Positions 38,765 to 50,113 of a stretch of DNA of 64,000 nucleotides are shown here, piece by piece. Source of the DNA: Lama glama (lineage: Eukaryota). The position numbers were made by a program, and so were the translations under genes. The notes below the pieces were generated by a model. It searched no databases. It was not told the origin of the DNA and saw only the letters and a program-made list of their open reading frames with translations. The stretch's first letter is position 1; the number at the start of each line of letters is the position of its first letter. The stretch lies in NCBI GenBank assembly GCA_028534125.1, contig CM052816.1, positions 54,314,001 to 54,378,000 on the forward strand, read 5' to 3'.

Positions 38765-40329
38765 AAAAAGTCACACTTGAACGTGAGCCTTGGGAGAACA
38801 CGGCAAATATTCTTTGTAATAGCACGTAAGACATATATCGGAAACTCTACATCTAATAATAATTTGGGACTAGACAGGGCTGCATCTTTAATTTCCTATG
38901 TCTTCCAAAGGTTATTGTATTAAGGAGTAAAAGTTAATTTTCAAGATACCTTTCTAATATCTACTGGGCACACACAGTGGCCTGAGGTGAGAACTGATCT
39001 AAAGCCATGTAAGATTAACAGGCCAATGGGAAATGCAGAAAAACAGTGTCACTGTCACCCTTATCAGTGGGGAGACAGCAGGCAAGTTCAGGAAGACTTC
39101 TTGGAGGGAAGAGGAGCTGGATTGAGCCCTGAAGGCAAGGAGGCTGCAAAGGATTTACACCATTCAAAACATGCAACAAAGGTAATCAAGACAATAATTT
39201 TAAGAATGATACATGTTACATATTTTGGGGAGAGAAATGGGCCAGATAACCTTCAAAGACTCTGCAATTATGTGTACTCATGGGCAGGAGAAGCACATCT
39301 CTGGGCATATTTGGATCATTTGATCTATTTGCCATGTAATGCAATATTCAACAAAAATGAGGATAAAATTAATATGCTAGTAAAATCCAAGTAGAGCCCG
39401 TTAGATGCTGAGGTTCTAGACAGATCAGAAACCTGAAGAGTGTGTTTTCAGGATGCAGAATCATAATGGTGTTAGAAATACAAAGTGGCATCAGTAAGAG
39501 GTGTATTGAGGCTACAGAAAAAATTCTCCCCACCTTGTTTCTATGGATACTTCTATGTTAATGCAGGAAATAAAAAACAAAAGAAACCACGTGGCCTCTC
39601 TCAAATATTGGAAATGCAGGACACACTGAAAACTTGTTTTTATCACCAGGGATCAGCAGTGACCATAAACCAGGAAGTGACCCTACTTATCCTTGTCTCC
39701 TGGCTCCCTGCACCTGCCACCCTCTTTCCGTTTCACCGAGAACGCCGTGGCATGAGACCACCTGAACTCTAAGGCCCCTGTTCTGCACCCTCTGAGGGGA
39801 AGCCCCCAAATCATGACCAGGCCTAGCAGCCAAGCCACTTGCCAGGAAGGAGAGGAGTAGGGGGAGCCCAACCTGGCAAATGTGGAACGAGTAGAGGCCG
39901 AGGGACAGCAAGGGGCAAGATGTGCCCAAGAGAAGGCCATTCTGCAGGTGGCAACTAGAAGGGTCCCAGGGGCAGTGGGCGGGAGGGCAAGGTGCCTGGT
40001 GCTCCCCACTCTCCACCCAGCAGCTCTAGAAAAGTAACAGCTAAGTTTTTGCTGCAGTTTGAAAACTAATGAAAGGTGCCCCCACATCTCCCCAAACAAA
40101 AATGTTCCCTGAAGGTCTGCTTAAGCACCCATCATGTAAGGGGACAGCATGCCTAGCGGCCTGGGGCCAGGGTGACAGCCTCCTTTCCCAGGAGGCTCAG
40201 TAAGTCTGCTGCTGACTCACTGGCAGAAGCTAGACTGTGCGCACAGCTCTCTGGCCCCTTCTATCGCCTGTAAAAGGGTGCGGGGACCTGGATTTCTGGT
40301 GAGATTTGGCAGGGGAGGGAAGGGCGAGA

Positions 40330-40615
40330 CCGCCAACAGAAATACTGTGTAAGCCCCAAATGCAAACCACAAATATAGCTTAAAATTTTCTAGTGGCTGC
40401 ATTAAAGTAAAAAGAAACAGGTGGAATTAATTTAATATTTTAAGCACAACATGTGCAAGATGCTATCATTTCAACCTGCTGTAATCAGCCTGGGACTGAG
40501 ATATTTTTATGAGCTAATGTACATTCTTTTTCATACTAAGTCTCTGAAATCTAGCACATGGTTTACACTTGGAGCACATCTCCATTTGACGAGCCACATT
40601 TCAGTCTGGGACAGG
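40330..40615. mobile_element. MER33-like hAT element
   Basis: 'aaattttctagtggctgcattaaagtaaaaagaaacaggtggaattaattt...tactaagtctctgaaatct...agccacatttcag'. Confidence 0.8.
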
Positions 40616-40849
40616 CAGGCCCAGGACCTAAGTTGGGCACGGCTGGAGCAGAGCTGGGGATCCTCTGCAGCACAAAATCCGGAGCAGCCTGAGTCAGGGG
40701 CCTTGTGCTTGGGAGAGGGGCGCTGGAGGGCAGAAGTGAAAACATACTTTCCTGACTATTGTTAAAACGAGAACAGACCCTGCTGATGAACTCATGATGC
40801 AAATTCACACTATCCGCATCTTGAAGCCATTCATCTTATCCAATAGCTC

Positions 40850-41010
40850 TTCAACTTCAGACTAAATCAGAAGCTCCCAGAAATGCTTGTTAAAACAGAC
40901 TGCCCAGGGTCATTTCCAAATTTCTGATTCTGCAGATCTGGCTTTGTAATTCTAACAAATTCCCAGAGCCACTGCTGCTCCAGGGAACCACACCTGGAGA
41001 ACCAATGATG
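40850..41010. mobile_element. MER5A-like MITE
   Basis: 'atcagaagctccc...cttgttaaaacagactgcccaggg...tctaacaaattcccag...gaaccacacctggagaacca'. Confidence 0.65.
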
Positions 41011-42656
41011 TAGTTTAACCTCTGGCCAGTGAGTAGCCTCCCTAGACAGCTTTTTCTACTGAATGCTCAGTCCACTTCTACTTGGTTACCTCCCATGATG
41101 GTGAACTCACTACCCACTAAGACTACCAACTTTGGTCAATTCTACTAATTCTTTCCTGTATTGAGTCTAATCTGATCCCTAAAAACATTCCACTGATTTT
41201 GCTTCAGGGCACAGTCCCTCCTTCCCCACCTGAAGTCTTCAAGAAGCTAAAGATCTACTCCTTCCCACTTCTTACTTCCCACACTCTGACAGGCTTGGTC
41301 TTATGCATTATTATTAAAGTTCTATTTTTCCTTAATCTTTACAACAATTTCAAGATTAAATAGTTTACTATAAAACAAAATACAGGCTTCCACTGATATC
41401 CACAGGGGATTAGTTCCAGGACCAATGGTGTAATAGTATGAATGAACCCCAAAAAGCTTATCTCAAAACAAGATTTCATCACTGCAAATTTGGCCAATTC
41501 AGCCCCTATTTCTGCCTCTACTATCCCCAAATAAATTACATGTGTGAAAGTGCTTGTAAAGCAGTGACTTTTAAATGTCTATCCCCATACTGAGGTCAGG
41601 CTGTGATGGTGCTTACATGGGTTTGCACCGACAGAAACAAGGTTTCCACTAAGCCAAGCTTATTCACGTTAAAAAGCTAACCTTCACTCAGAAATAGCAT
41701 CCTTCCTATATTTTCCAAGGCTGAAACAACGTTCCTGTCATGAGGAGGTGGTCAATGAAATTCCCAAGGCAGGCGCCCTGTTGTCTAGCTCTGGAAAGCC
41801 CTGTGCAAAATCCAGGTCAGACACCATGGTCTCAGTCCGCTGTCACCCAGCCTTTTTCCTGGAACCTCGATTACTCAGAAAGCAGAACGCTTCCTCTAAG
41901 CCTGGCCGTGACGTCTCCTGCCATAGCCCATGGAACACAGGCATCTTCCCTGGGGCTGCCCGTTGGGTGGGCTTTGATCCCTGACCTCATAAGAAAACCA
42001 CTTCCTCTCACTGGACACAAAACATCTTCAGCTCCCCGTGTCTTCCCCATGGCCTGTGTGTCGTCCCTTCATGAGAAGAGGGACCAGGTGATCCAGTCTG
42101 ATGGACACTACCTGCTGCAGCCCCACACTCTCTCCAGGGCTCCAGGGTTGTCACTGGCCGCTGCCTTTTGGGAATGCCGTGCTCCCCATATTCTCATGGC
42201 CAAGGCCTGGAGAAGTGACAATGGGGGCTGCAGTGCAGTCGGGCTCGGATGGGCACTTTAGGGGTGGCAGTGGTGAGCCTCTCTCTGCTTCCACCAGGCC
42301 AGCTTAGGAGGAGTTGGTATAAAGCTGGGGTCCTGGAAGCCTCCTTTTCCCCATGTGAGTCCAACCCCTGGACTGTGGTTGCAGATCCCTGAAATTCCCC
42401 AGTTTCAGCCACGTATTTGGATTCTAATTTGGACCACGTGAAAAGGCCAAAGACGAGGGGAACTAAGTCCTCATGTCTTCACTGGAATAAAGAGGTTGAG
42501 ACAGACTCTGGACCAGGATGCAGGGGTTGGCATGAAGGCGAAGGGTGTCCAAAGAAGTGTGTGCACACACGGAGTGTGGCCCTTTCGGAGGGCCTGGGCG
42601 ATGGTCCCTGGCCTAAGAAAGTGGAAAACCTAAGAAAGAAAATTCTCTCTTAGAAA

Positions 42657-42872
42657 TGGGATTGGCAAACTTTTTCTGTCAAGGGACAGAGAGTAAATAT
42701 TTTAGGTTTTGCATGCCACATAGTCTGTGTTGTACTTACTCAATTTAGCCGCTGTCATATCAAAGCGGCCACAGGTGCTACCTAACAAAGAACGTGGCTG
42801 TGTGCCGATAAAACTTTATTTACAAAACAGGCCACACTGGGCCTGCAGGTTGTAGTTTGTTGCCCTTTGTCC
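42657..42872. mobile_element. MER58A-like MITE
   Basis: 'gggattggcaaactttttctgtcaagggacagagagtaaatattttagg...ataaaactttatttacaaaacagg'. Confidence 0.8.
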
Positions 42873-43241
42873 TAGATGATACATGAAAAATCCTAGCCAG
42901 CATCCCCTGGTCCTGTGTTTTGTGCTTCTCCGGGGCCGGGTTCCCACCTCCCTGTATTGTGCTCTAGAAATGTACTCTGCTTATTTGTCCAGGGCCCCCG
43001 TGGCTTCCAGGGCAGAGACTTTGTGTCCCAGGTGCCAGCACAGAATAGGGGCTTAATACACAGGTGGGAGAAAGTTTGTGAGCGGTGGAGGGGGAGACAA
43101 TGTTTACAACAGACAAACCTCACTGAGCATTTCCAGCCTCTTGGCGAAAAGCTGCAGGTTCACACAGGAAAAGAGATCTTTGCTGACGACAAGCACCATC
43201 AGAAGACAGCAGTCTGGCTTACAGTTTCACTCCTCGTTAAA

Positions 43242-43488
43242 ATGCAAACCCAGGGGCGGATTTTGACGTCAGGGCTAAACCCCAAAAAGCAGCACCCCTG
43301 GAGCCGCCTGCAGATGGGCTGCTCCCACCCTCCAGGGAGCCCCTCCCGTCACAGACCCATCACCAATCACTTCAGCCTCCTCTGATGAGGAGGAAAAACA
43401 CTGTGGCTGGCCAGAGATATAAAAATCCTTTGTTATTGGAAAATCTAAATGTCTCCCTAGGCCTGTGCAGCACCATTAGGTGACGTCA
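43242..43488. promoter_or_regulatory. Candidate cAMP-responsive promoter/enhancer: GC box, 2x CRE, CCAAT, TATA
   Basis: GGGGCGGA 43253-43260, TGACGTCA 43264-43271 and 43481-43488, CCAAT 43363-43367, TATAAAA 43418-43424, ATTGG 43435-43439; no repeat recognised here. Confidence 0.5.
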
Positions 43489-43729
43489 ATGGCTCAGGAT
43501 ATCTGAGCCTGGTATTTCCACCCTTCTCAGAACAGCAGCTAATTTACAGCAATAAAGACATTTCTATTTAGAGCCTCAGAAAAGAAGGGGTGGCCCCTCG
43601 CTTCTGCATCCTTGAGTCCTGTGTTAAGGGCTTGTCTGCTGTCCCTGTGAGGTAGGCAGAGTTTACAGGTGACAGGAGGCTGGGACCAAGACATTTAACT
43701 CCAGTCAAGCTAAACAACAGCTTGAGGGC

Positions 43730-44160
43730 CTACTACGCGCCAGGCAGCCTGGGCACGCAAGGACAAGCAGAGCCTGGGGGACCCTGCTGAAAAGCAGACG
43801 GCAGCTCGGCACACGGTCGCCATGACAACGGTGGGAGTAGGGGCGATACAAAGCAAAGAAGGTACTTAGGGGGCTTGAGGAGGGAGATGGAACTTGATGT
43901 CTCTCGGGCTGGACCCAGGAGGATTGGTAGAATTTGCGCACGTGGAGCTGCAAGGAGACTAGCGACAGATCGGGGGGGCCCGTTCACTAAGTGAGAAAGA
44001 GAGGAAGGAGGAGCAGCAGGGCTAGGCGGGTGGGGGGGCTGCGCCTGGTTTTGGACGTGGCCTGTACTTGGCTCATTTCTAGCACGGCTGCGAACGAGTC
44101 CAAGTGGGCCCACGTCCTGCACTGCGGCTTCAAGCCCACGGCAGGTTGGTTTGCGCTGCT
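43730..44160. promoter_or_regulatory. CpG-enriched GC-rich patch (small CpG-island-like)
   Basis: Visibly more CpGs than the surrounding intron; E-box CACGTG 43939-43944, ATTGG 43923-43927, G-rich GC box near 44025-44040. Confidence 0.45.
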
Positions 44161-44909
44161 TGGGGTCAGCAGTTTGTCTCTAAAAAGCCACCAGGGTGTC
44201 CTGTGATTCTCCCTCCACCCATGTCACCTCTCATATAGACCTCATCCTTCCTCCTGGATGTCTAAACTGAGCTGTTGAGAGAATTTTTTTCCTATGAAAG
44301 TCAAGTCCCTTCCTTTCTCAGAGGTCTCCAAGGACTTGCCTCTCCGCGTGCCTTTATGGCATTAAGTGAAAATTTCCTGACTCCAGATGAAATGCTCAGT
44401 GCTGAAGGAGGCATTTTATGCTGAACTAAAGTACATGATTGCTTTTGTTATTCTGGAATATTTCTCTGATGTTCTTAAGAAGAACAAAGCTGGAGGAATC
44501 ACGCTTCTTGATTTCAAACTATGTTCAAAAGCTACAGTACTCAAGACAGCACTGGTACTGACATAAAAACAGACACATAGATCAACGTGTCTATAAATGG
44601 AGATCAACACAGAGCCCAGAAATAAACTCACATATACATGGTCAATTAACTTATGACAAAGGAGTCAAGAACATACAGTGGGGCTAAAACAGTCTCTTCA
44701 ATAAATGATACTGAGAAAATTAAACAGCCACATGGAAAAGAATGAAACTGGACCACTATCTTACATAATACACAAAACTTTACTCAAAATGGATTAAGGT
44801 CTTGAATGTAAGGCCTGAGACCATCAAACTCCTCAAAGAAACCATAGGGGATAAGCTCCTTGCCATTGGTCTTGGCAGTGATTTTTTGACACCAAAAGCA
44901 AAGGCACCA

Positions 44910-46052
44910 CATCAACAAGAGAAAGGACAAAAACCACATGATCATCTCAGTCAATGCAGAAAAAGCATTTGATAAAATTCAACATCCATTTATGATAAAA
45001 ACTCTCGCCAAAGTGGGTATAGAGGGAACATATCTCAACATAATAAAAGCTNNNNNNNNNNNNNNNNNNNNNNNNNNNNNNNNNNNNNNNNNNNNNNNNN
45101 NNNNNNNNNNNNNNNNNNNNNNNNNNNNNNNNNNNNNNNNNNNNNNNNNNNNNNNNNNNNNNNNNNNNNNNNNNNNNNNNNNNNNNNNNNNNNNNNNNNN
45201 NNNNNNNNNNNNNNNNNNNNNNNNNNNNNNNNNNNNNNNNNNNNNNNNNNNNNNNNNNNNNNNNNNNNNNNNNNNNNNNNNNNNNNNNNNNNNNNNNNNN
45301 NNNNNNNNNNNNNNNNNNNNNNNNNNNNNNNNNNNNNNNNNNNNNNNNNNNNNNNNNNNNNNNNNNNNNNNNNNNNNNNNNNNNNNNNNNNNNNNNNNNN
45401 NNNNNNNNNNNNNNNNNNNNNNNNNNNNNNNNNNNNNNNNNNNNNNNNNNNNNNNNNNNNNNNNNNNNNNNNNNNNNNNNNNNNNNNNNNNNNNNNNNNN
45501 NNNNNNNNNNNNNNNNNNNNNNNNNNNNNNNNNNNNNNNNNNNNNNNNNNNACAGAGAATACAGACTTGTGGTTACCAGGGGGGTGGAGGGTGGGAAGGG
45601 ATAGACTGGGATTTCAAAATTGTAGAATAGATAAACAAGGTTACAGTGTATAGCACAGGGAAATATACACAAAATGTTAGATAACTCACAGAAAAAAAAT
45701 GTGACAATGAGTGTGTATATGTCCAGGAATGACTGAAAAATTGTGCTGAACACTGGAATTTGACACAACATTGTAAAATGATTATAAATCAATAAAAAAT
45801 GTAAAAAAAAAGGTGGGAAGGTAGTGTAGTGTAGTTTTTCTCCAATTTTCTCAGTTTTCATCTAATTTAAATATAAAAATAACTTTAGGAGAAAAACATT
45901 GTATTTCTACCTGTTACCCCAAATATTTTCTAGATTTGAAAACATTATCTAGTAGACTTTGATCTCTGAGAGTGAAGAAACTTTTAAATTTATCTGTTTA
46001 TTAATTAGTCAATAAATAATAATACAAGTGTTTTGAATGGAAAAAAAAAAAA
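44910..46052 (+). mobile_element. Young L1 with 3'-transduced unique DNA (45812-46040) and a second poly(A)
   Basis: Intact RT peptide [24 protein letters not shown]1 poly(A) 45803-45811; AATAAA 46011-46016; A12 46041-46052; perfect 17 bp TSD caaaagcaaaggcacca at 44893-44909 and 46053-46069. Confidence 0.9.
45052..45551. other. Assembly gap (500 N) within a young L1
   Basis: Run of N in the sequence. Confidence 1.
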
Positions 46053-47565
46053 CAAAAGCAAAGGCACCAAAACCCTAAATAAACAATTGGGACTGCATAT
46101 ATCAAACTAAAAAGCTTCATGTGGCAAAGGAAATCAACAACAAATCAGGAAGGCAACCCACCAAATGAAAGAAAATGTTTGCAAATCATGTATCTGATAA
46201 GGGAGTTAATATTCAAAATATATAAAGAACTCATACAGCTCAATAGCCGAAAAAAAAAAAACCAGTTAAAAAGTGGGCAGAGAATCTGAATAGACATTAT
46301 TCCAAAGAAGATGTACAGATGCCCAACAGATACACAAATGGGAGTCTGATATCACTAACCATCAGGGAAAAACAAATCAAAACCACAGTGAGATACCAAC
46401 TCATACTTGTCAAAATGGCTATTATCAAAAAGTAAAAAAAAATAACAAGTGTTGTTGAGAATATAGAGAAAATGGAACCCTTATGCACTGTTGGGAATGT
46501 AAATTGCTGCAGCCACTATGGGAAAACAGCATGGAAGTTCCTCAAAAAATTTAAAATGGAACTACTATATGATCCAGCAGTTCCATTCCTGGGTATTTAT
46601 CCAAGGAAAATGAAATTCTTAACTCTAAACAATACATGCACCCCCATGTTTACTGTAGCATTATTTACAATAGCCAAAACACAGAAACAACCTAAGTGTC
46701 CACTGATGGTTGAATAGATAAAGAAAATGTGGTTATATACATATACAGTGGAACATTATTTAGCCATAAGAAAGAAGGAAATCTCGCCATTTGGGACAAC
46801 ATGAATGGACCTTGAGGGCATTATGGTAAGTGAAATAAATTAGACAGAGAAAAACCAATACTTTATGTTATCACTTATATATAGAATCTAAAAACAAAAA
46901 CTTGAACTCATAGATACAGACAACAGATCGGTGGTTTCCAGAGGTGGGGGTTGGGGAGTGGTTGAAAGGGATGCAGGTCAAAGGTATGAACTTCCAGTTA
47001 TAAGTCAGTCAGTCATGTACAACATGGTGACTACAGTTAATAATACTGTATTGTATATTGGAAAGCCACTGAGAGTATATCTTAAAAGTTTTCATCACAA
47101 GAAAAAAACCTGTACATATGCGATGACAGATGTTAACTAGAGTTACTATGGTGATCATTTCATATATGTACCATGAACCTTTTTCTTTTAAAAAAAAAAG
47201 CATGTGGACACGGATCCTTAGGTGGGTTGAGACACCAGCAGGAAGCCTTGGGCAGGCTCACTGCTCAGCCCCCTCCCCTTGGGAGCTGCCTTCTCACTAT
47301 GGGGAGCCCAGGTATTTTTCGTCCAGCATCCCCCTGTTTACTGCCTTGCCTGACCAGGCCTCCTCCTGATCCCACACCACCCTCCAAGTCTCTGACATGT
47401 TACGCTAAAATGGCTTACACCCTGAAACCCTTCATATCCTTGAGAGACACTGTCCCTTCTTTATAAATCTTCATCTAAGTCAAATGCCATATTTTGTAGG
47501 TTTCAAAAATAGATGATTGGTGGTATGTATATTACCAAAACATGGTCTATTTTTGAAAACCTACA

Positions 47566-48013
47566 CATACACATACACACAGTGGAATACTACTCAGCCA
47601 TAAAAAAGAATGAAAATTTGCCATTCGCAACATGGACTTGGAAGGTATTATACTTAGTGAAAAAAGACAGAGAAAGACAAATACTGTACGGTATCACTTA
47701 TATGAGGAATCTAAAAAATGAATCAAATGAACAAGGAAGAAACAGACTCACAAACTAGTTGTTACCAGTGGGGAGAGGGAAGGTGGGAGAAGTAAGATGG
47801 TGTAGGGGATTAACAGGTACAAACTACTGTGTATAAAATAAATAAGCTACAAGGATACAGTGTACAACTCAGGGAATACAGCCAATATTTTATACTAACT
47901 ATAAATGTAACATAACCTTTAAAAACTGCAAATCACTATGCTGTACACCTGAAACTTACATATACATCAACCATATTTCAAAAAAATGAATATAAACAAA
48001 AAGATTCTTATTT
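47566..48013 (+). mobile_element. 5'-truncated L1 3' end
   Basis: 'gtggaatactactcagccataaaaaagaatgaaa' through the 3' UTR; candidate TSD aaaaataga[tg/ct]attgg at 47505-47520 and 48014-48029. Confidence 0.85.
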
Positions 48014-48643
48014 AAAAATAGACTATTGGCAACAATGCTTGTTGAATACTTTTTAGCCAACAAACCTTAAAGCACGAAGTGAAAATACACATAATCCAGT
48101 ACTAAAGCATAAATCAAACAGAAAAAATACGAATACCATTGTTGTCCTCTACGATCAAACTAAAAAAGTTCTTAAATACAGCAAGGGATTAACATTCTGT
48201 TACTTCAGAAGACAACACTCAAATGCACTGTTCTGCATGATGTAATGGTTTAAAAACAACCACAGTACTAACAGAAATGATTTTTGGTTTTGATACGAAT
48301 TTATAGGAGAGAAGTGCCCAAATGCATACATACTTTTAAGAAATTAAGATAGACTATTAGAACAGTTTTTTATTTGGAGGAAGACTTTCATGCTGTCATA
48401 AGATGTAATGGTCCTGAGTTGCCCAGCCGCAAGCCAAATCCTAACTAATGTGCAGTATTAATAAAGCAGAGCAGGCTTGCAGGGGATCTCTGCTCTTACT
48501 ATTTGTCTAAGGAGCCTAATTTTGCCATAAAGCTTCTTAATTGGCAACTACGGTAAGACATGGAGAAAGCAGCAGAGAGCAGTAGTGAGAACGCAACGCG
48601 CAGTCAAGCCGACAAAACAAACGAAGCAAAGGGAACACGGTAC

Positions 48644-48704
48644 CTGCTTATTACTGTCGGTGGTACAACACAGTTTCTTGAGGGAGACAAAATGCCTAAT
48701 TTTC
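48644..48704 (-). CDS. PDE8B: PDE8B coding exon (~exon 10), 61 nt: (G)[20 protein letters not shown]
   Basis: Minus strand TTATTAG|GAAAATTAGG...AAGCAG|GTACCG; the frame continues from the previous exon. Confidence 0.96.
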
Positions 48705-50023
48705 CTAATAACATAAACAATTGGTTATTAGTGAGTCAGAAATGAGATGATTCAACAAATTAGCGACTGAAAACATTAACAGAATCTTTCGGTAAAACTC
48801 CAGGGTCCAATCGAGGGCAGATTTAAAATTCCAACAAAACCCAACCTAAAAAAACTGCATTTTTCACACACAGCCCATGCATGCCTTCAGAAACCGGGCT
48901 TCCCTCTTAATCAGAGCCAGCTCAGAATCACTGTCCTAATGGGCACTTCATTTCCTCCCCGACTCCCAAAGCCTGGCTCCTTGGCAGTGTCAGTGATGGG
49001 ATGAAATGTTACTCCAGATAAAATGGGTTTTAACTCTGCTGACAGTAATACTCTGATGGATTATATAGAGGCAAAAGGCAAAATACTCATTTGGGCAAGG
49101 ACCAAAGTTTATGGTTGCTGTTTCTGTATTTAATATTCCATATTCATTCATCGCCTGGTCATCATAATGATGGCGCTTTTTAGGCAGAGAAAACCCCTCT
49201 TATTTTAAGGTCATGGACAGACTCCCAAAACAGCCTGTGGTCTTCCTGCTCATTATCACAAGGAGACCGCGAAAGACTGCAGGAGCTGACTATGGAATAT
49301 TACAGTAACGTGCAAGGAACTCAGGTAGTCCTAAGAGTCAGGCAGGGCTCTCCTCTTCTGGTTATGGGCACCAGTTTGAAGCTGGTGTTGACCTTTGGCT
49401 CATTCACAAAGGCTCCTCAGTGAGGTACTGTTAAGGAATCCTGTTTGGCACCAGGAGCCTTCTCACAAAATTTAACTGGAAGAAGGAAAAAGAATTGCAT
49501 ATTTTACTTATGTCTGCACATGAACAGGCAATCTGGGATCAAGTGGGGTCGGATCGCCTCAGCTCCGGGCAGACACCTCTCTCCCCACAACTGTGACCTC
49601 CGGGGCTCTCTTCCTTGTGGACCAAGCCTGGGTGCCCGGAGACAACCAGCACAGAGCCAGGGCCTCCTGAGAGAAGGTCGGCTCCCAGGACAGGGCTGAG
49701 GCCAGGAAGCCCCCTGTTTTGTGGTTGTCGCTATGCAGGGGGAAGGCCTAGAAACTGAGCTCCTTCAGGAGTGCGGACGAGGGAGCCACAGACAACCAGA
49801 GGAAGGTAGACAGTTGAGGTGATGCTTCCTAAGGCCCATAAGTGGGAGAAGAGGGGGCGCTGCTGTCTGAGGGGTGCTGCCGGCCGCACGGAGGTATCCC
49901 TGCCTGCACTATGTACGGACCTAATCCTACTGTATGTGTGGGTCTAACACACTTGCATTTCCATACACAAACCCAGCGCCCACATGGGCCCCTCAACTGG
50001 TAGAGTTTAAGAGTTGGCTCTCA

Positions 50024-50113
<90 letters not shown>

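Larger units (their letters stand above)
44473..47199 (+). mobile_element. 5'-truncated L1 (ORF2 3' part and 3' UTR) split by a younger L1
   Basis: Collinear ORF2 at 44473-44909 and from 46053 onward; ends in poly(A) at ~47190-47199. Confidence 0.88.
1491..48643 (-). other. PDE8B: Large (~47.2 kb) phase 0 intron of PDE8B
   Basis: Lies between the GT donor of the 61 nt exon and the AG acceptor of the 43 nt exon; the protein is continuous across it. Confidence 0.92.

Noticed and set aside
41740..42261. 173 aa plus-strand ORF
   Set aside because: No recognisable domain, composition typical of random GC-rich intron, and antisense to PDE8B.
44938..45861. 230 aa and 304 aa ORFs in the ORF track
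   Set aside because: Artefacts of reading through the 500-N gap; the flanks are L1 ORF2 and L1 3' UTR.
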